Source: Felis catus
Taxonomy: Eukaryota
DNA length: 64,000 bases
Direction: 5' to 3'
Assembly: GCF_018350175.1 (NCBI RefSeq)
Contig: NC_058385.1
Span: 82,398,001-82,462,000, forward strand
The notes beneath the pieces were generated by a model. The model was given only the letters and a program-made list of their open reading frames with translations, ran no database searches and had not been told where the DNA came from. The translations under genes were made by a program, and so were the position numbers. Position 1 is the first letter of the stretch. Each line of letters opens with the position of its first letter. Positions 57,649 to 64,000 of this stretch are shown one piece after another.

Positions 57649-58773
57649 AGGCAATCAGGGGCTGCTGTTTGGACCCGTGGTCCGTGGGCCACCGTGGGGG
57701 GCTGCTCTGCAGTGCCCCAAAGGCCCCACCGTGTCTGCACCCTCCTGCCAGAAGTGCACCAGCCACCCTAGCCACAGCCGCCTCCTGTTTGGGCCTCTCC
57801 AACACTGGGCAGCAATGTGCAACCAAAGACCCAGAAATTTCAAGAACCTTCCCTCGGTGCTCAGGATGAAGCCCCTAGCCCTTGGGCCAGTACTGAGGGT
57901 GTGCAGGGCTTGGGCTCTCCCAAGAGCTGCTGGACAACCCCCCCCCCCAAAACACGGCTGCGGATGAATACAAACCACAACTGTGGGACGTCTTAATAAC
58001 CAGCCCCTGCACGTTGAGACTGACAACTAAATGCGGTATGGGGCCCTGGCAGAGGGGGTGGCTGCAAAGGACACCGTGGGGACAACTGAGACCATTTCAG
58101 TGGGGTCTGTGGCTCAGCTAATACTGTTTTCTCTGTACTAAGTTTCCGGGTTTGGATCATTGTTCTGGGGTAGCAGAACATCCTGTGCTCGGGAACACGA
58201 AAGGACTTAAAAGTGAAGGGACACAGCATCTTGAGCCTGATGTCAAGTGGTTTAGGGGAAAATGCAAACTCGGCTGCAGGGACTGGAAGCGGACTGCTGG
58301 TGAGTAATGGTGACCCGGGAGTTCTCTGTGCTCTGCAGCTTTTCTCCAAGTTGGAAATCACGTTCAAATTAAAAATTACCCCCAAACCTCCAACAGGTTC
58401 AACATAAACCCCCTATGGTCCCGGTGGCGCTGGAGACACCCCTCCCCCTCACAGGCGGGCCCACCTGACCACAGCGCACCCCACGCTGGCCCTCCTGGCT
58501 GGTGCGACTCCTTTCCTGCTCTTAACGCCTTTTGTCCGCGCCGGCGACCTCCGTCTCCGTCAGCCCTGGTGGGAGGATACTGGTGCGGCCGACTTCTCTG
58601 TCCTTGCGGAGCAGCTGCGGACTAGAGGGATGCCGAATCCCCGCTGACATACAGGGCGAGGGGCGCATCAGGCTACTCTGGGGCTTGGAAGCCGGAACGA
58701 GCGGCCCCCGTGCCGCCGGACACGCTGCAGCGGGAAAGCAGGCCGTGCCAGAGCCCGGTGAGCGGGTCACACC

Positions 58774-58779
58774 TTTATT
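58774..58779 (-). terminator. CCDC166 polyadenylation signal AATAAA
   Basis: TTTATT on + strand, ~90 nt after the stop. Confidence 0.8.
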
Positions 58780-58870
58780 AACATTGCATTCACCAAACAC
58801 CCGAGCACCGCGCGCCCTCCACGCCCCCCAGCAGATTCCGGCTCCCCTTGGGGCGGCTTCCCCTGCAGCG

Positions 58871-60291
<1,421 letters not shown>

Positions 60292-61134
60292 TTAGCCCTT
60301 CCCTCCCACCTCCTCCCCGCCCGCCCGAAAATTCTAGCGGGGAGGGACGCGTCTCAGGGACATGAGATCGGGGGAGGCAGAGTCAGGGGCATGGGGGTCC
60401 GGGCATCGTCTCCAACCTTTACTCTTGGGCCTTTTCCGGGCCGTGGCCGTCGGTCCGTCGGGGTGTGCCCACCTTCAGTAACTTTGGCGTTCATCCTGCA
60501 CGGTCTCCGTGGAGACAGAACTTAGTCGCCCCCCCCCCCCACTCCCACCCCGTCGCTTGGGCAACGGCCCGGCTCCCCCTTCCGGCTTCTCCCCACCCCC
60601 ACCGCCCGCCACTCCCTCGCCCGAAGTCGGTGCGTGACAAGCCCGTGTGCGCGCCCTGCAGAGGTCCGATCTCAGATGGGCAGGATTTTGGCTTCCGGAG
60701 GAGGACGCAGGACTTGCTTCCGAATCCGACCTAGCGGCAGCCCAAGTAGTCCCCACTGTTGGCGTGCCGGGAGACTTGGGCCCTTCGCCCAGGAACCCTC
60801 ACCGCCGGCGCCCCCATATGGGGAAATGGCGCCACAAGTTTCCGACCTTCAGCCGTGGGCAAGCCCCCCACCCCCCACCCCGTGTGAAACTTCCATATCT
60901 TGTCGGGACAGAGCTTCCCCACAGCTTATCATTTCTCTGGAGATCCTAGTTTTTTTCGAAGCACTTCGTGATTCTTTTCCCTCTTCCTGGGGGCCTCGGT
61001 GGGAGTTAGGGTTACCGGGAAGATCGCGTCCATTCGGATGTCATCCGTTGTCCACTGTATTTCTCCCTGGGATTTCCTCTGTGGGGTTCCTAAGCCCACA
61101 CGTGTGCACCTGTTCAACTCATCCCACTCACTCT

Positions 61135-61162
61135 TTTTTATTTAGTTTAATGTTTACTTATT

Positions 61163-61206
<44 letters not shown>

Positions 61207-61373
61207 CATGAGCAGGGGAGGGGCGGAGAGAGAAGGAGACACAGACTCCAAGGCAGGCTCCAGGCTCTGAGCTGTTGGCACAGAGCCTGACACGGGGCTT
61301 GAAATCACGGACTGCGAGATCATGACCTGGGCCGAAGTCGGACGCTTAACCAACTGAGCCACCCAAGCGCCCC
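61135..61373 (-). mobile_element. CanSINE with long (GA)n
   Basis: Typical SINE body. Confidence 0.88.
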
Positions 61374-61687
61374 AGATACGGTGTTTTTAATAGGAAATTG
61401 GTATCTAACTTTACAGGAATGTAAGAAAAGACCAAGTAGAATCAGGGGGAAAAGCACCCGGGACCCTGCAGTGGGGGCTCCACGGAGCCAGTGAGGATGT
61501 CTGTTCTATCTCCAGGACCTGCCGCTTCCAACCAGGGCCTCTGCTCCCGGGGCAGACGCCTGCGCTCCTCTTCCTGGCCACCCTCGAGGCTGCGCGGGGC
61601 CACCGCCCCCATTTGCAGATAGCTACACAGGCCGCGAGGGGCGGAGGCCTGCTCCCCACCCCCCACCCCCGCCCCAGCCCCTCCCGG

Positions 61688-61689
<2 letters not shown>

Positions 61690-61725
<36 letters not shown>
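61690..61725. repeat. (TG)n microsatellite
   Basis: About 18 units. Confidence 0.95.
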
Positions 61726-61726
<1 letters not shown>

Positions 61727-61849
61727 TGGTTGGCCTCGGTCTTTTAATTTCTGGTGCGAGGCGAGGGACTCCAAGCGCAGAGGATTTTAAGTCGTCCCAG
61801 CCCACGGACTTCCCGCGGATTTGTCCCCGCTTTATGGCTGACAAATGCC

Positions 61850-62400
61850 TCCTCCCAGGACAGGTCCGCCGAGCGTTTTGTTCTCTTCTGCCTCCGCGTT
61901 CCTCGAGACTCGCTTCTTCCCGATTCTGCAATGTCCACGGAATAGTCTGGAGAGCCGCGGGGGCGACCGCCCCCGCCCGCGAGCAGCCGGATCACCCCCA
62001 TTCTGGGCGCAGCCCCGGCCTCGCCCGCAGCCTGCGTCCCGCTCTCCCCGCCCTCAAGCCACGCCCAACCCCGGATCGGCTCCGGCCCCGCCCCTCCCCC
62101 GCGCCGGCCCCTCCCCCGCGGCTCCCCCACTTCCGTCCCCGCCGGAGTCTCGGCCGCCGGGCGCTGGGCTTCGCCGCCCACCCGCGCCGTTTAGCGGAAA
62201 GCGAGGACCCCGTTTCCTCTGCTGCCTCGCGCTTGCCCCGCGCCGCAGGCCTCGGGGCGCATGGATGGTTCCAGGGACAGTGGCCTGGCCTGGTGGCAGG
62301 CCGAGATGCACCCCCAACCAGGGGCCTTTCCCGTGTTGGCTCAGGGGTGCCTCTGGCGTCCACCGGGTCCCAGCGCCGCGCACAGAGACAGCTAACCTCC
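61850..62400. promoter_or_regulatory. CpG island / candidate promoter upstream of CCDC166
   Basis: CpG-rich, GC boxes (~62086-62100), ETS-like CACTTCCG (~62128); no recognisable ORF. Confidence 0.6.
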
Positions 62401-64000
62401 GAGGGCTCAAAGTCAGGCTTTACCCATGATATTTCTCCCCCCTCCTTGGGGTTCTTCCCCCCTCCCTCCGTGAATAGGGTGGTGGGGCCAAGACTGTGTC
62501 TCCCTCAGACTCAGGCTGAGGAGGGTGTGGGGTGAGGGGTCACTCACCTCTTGGGAGAACACCGAGCTGGAAAGACACTGGGAGAGAGGGGGGTGGGCTA
62601 GCTGTCTGCTCAGCTTCCGCCCAGGCTGCCCCTGCCCCAGCTCTCTGCTGGGGGCTTGCCCCGGACCCCAAGGCAGTTTCTTGGGTTGAAGCTCATACGA
62701 CTCGGCAGGGTACTCAGTACCCACCGCACACGCGGCCACACCCCCCACCCGCAGGCGAGCTTCTCAAGGGCCCACTCTCCTGCCCCCGTCTTGCTGTGGC
62801 TTCTGCCTTGGACGCCCTCCCTACTCAGCTTCTGAGACTTGGGGTGAGCCCCCTTCCTCAGGAGTAGCCGGTGGGGTTGGGCTGTGCTTGACCCCCGGGG
62901 TGAGCGCTGCCAGCAGCCTCCGCCCCTGTTTCACAGATGGAGAAACTGAGGCACAAGGTGATTTTTGTCCCAGGACCCCTGGAGTCACGAGGGCTGTGAC
63001 TTAGGCATTGGTGGCCTCTTCCCGCCGTTTACCGCCTCTTGCCAAGGCTTCCCCCCACCCCTGCCCTGTGTCCTGATGCAAGGGGCAGAGCCAGCCACCC
63101 ACCCCACAGCAGCCTGAGGCCGGCACATGCCTGGTGCCCACGACCCTTCTACCTGCCAATGCCAGCTGGACCCGTAGAATGGGTGGATTCAGGCGACACC
63201 AAAACCGGTTCTGGAAGCTCAGCTGTGGGTGGGAGGCTGACACTCAGGACAGCCAGATACTGAACAGAGGTCAGAGGAGGGGACGCTGGGGAGCCCGGTG
63301 GTAGGGATGCTCCAGCCCCACCCCAGCAGCACCTCCTTTCTTGACCAGAAGCACGGGGTGGGGGGGGGGCGCTGATGGCGATCACCACGACAAAGGGGAT
63401 GGTGGGCAGGAGCAAAGTCCAGCAGGAGAGCCTATCTACCCAGTGTGTCCTCTGGCTGCGGTCAAGCCCTGGGGAGCCCAGGCCTGGCTGTTCTCTGGGC
63501 CCTGGGGGGGACCAAATCTGTCCCCTCGCCTGTGTCCTAATTTGGGTACCACCTGCGGGCCTGCCCCTCCACCCCCAGCCCCGGGAATTGGCTTTAGGCT
63601 GGGCACCAGGCAGAGACCCTTCTTCCTCAAGCGGCCTCCCCTTCACCCCAGGTACCTTGGAACCGGTGCCAGACCCAACGCCAGCCTCACAGTCAGCCCC
63701 AGGTGGAAAGCCCAGATCCGGGCCACGAGGTGCGTCGGCTCCCGCAGCCACGGCTGCCCCTGGAGGAAGCGCTCTGCCCTCCCCGACACACGGTGCTGCA
63801 GGTGCCATGAGGGCCCTGGCCGGCCTGCCACAGCCTCACAGGGGCCAAGGCAGGCCCGGGCCTGCAGGAGTCGCTGGTGGGTGCAGGGAGCACACGAAGG
63901 CCGGGTGGGGCTTGTGGTGCTGCTGCTGTGGTGAGCCTTGGGTCTGGCCTGCTCAAGGTCAGGGTCACAGCTTCGGGGCAGGCTAATGAGCTTTGAAAGG

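Noticed and set aside
62400-64000. Search for the MAPK15 first coding exon
   Set aside because: No kinase N-terminal motif (GxGxYGxV) found; the gene probably starts beyond the window.

Overview
Mammalian genomic DNA, almost certainly from a felid: young tRNA-derived CanSINEs of the SINEC_Fc type are abundant. The gene order matches what I recall of human 8q24.3: EEF1D first exon (-) and TIGD5 (+) on a shared CpG-island promoter, then PYCR3 (-, 6 coding exons, 277 aa), GFUS/TSTA3 (-, 10 coding exons, 321 aa, one U12-type intron), ZNF623 (+, 13 C2H2 fingers, no KRAB) and CCDC166 (-, 2 exons). I read all exon boundaries by hand and they give continuous frames. Intergenic DNA holds a decayed hAT-Tip100-type transposase, a PSMC1 retrocopy with a large internal deletion at a SINE junction, and a semi-processed ARF1 retrocopy that kept only its last intron. 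It also holds a 33-nt tailless U2 snRNA retrocopy nested inside a SINE inside an L1, and a CpG island with no visible gene where ZNF707 sits in human. I found no evidence of a wholly new multi-gene system. The best leads are the retroposition fossils, the apparent absence of ZNF707, and the CCDC166 GC donor and C-terminal frameshift. Comparisons to human orthologues are from memory, not from a search, and repeat boundaries are approximate.
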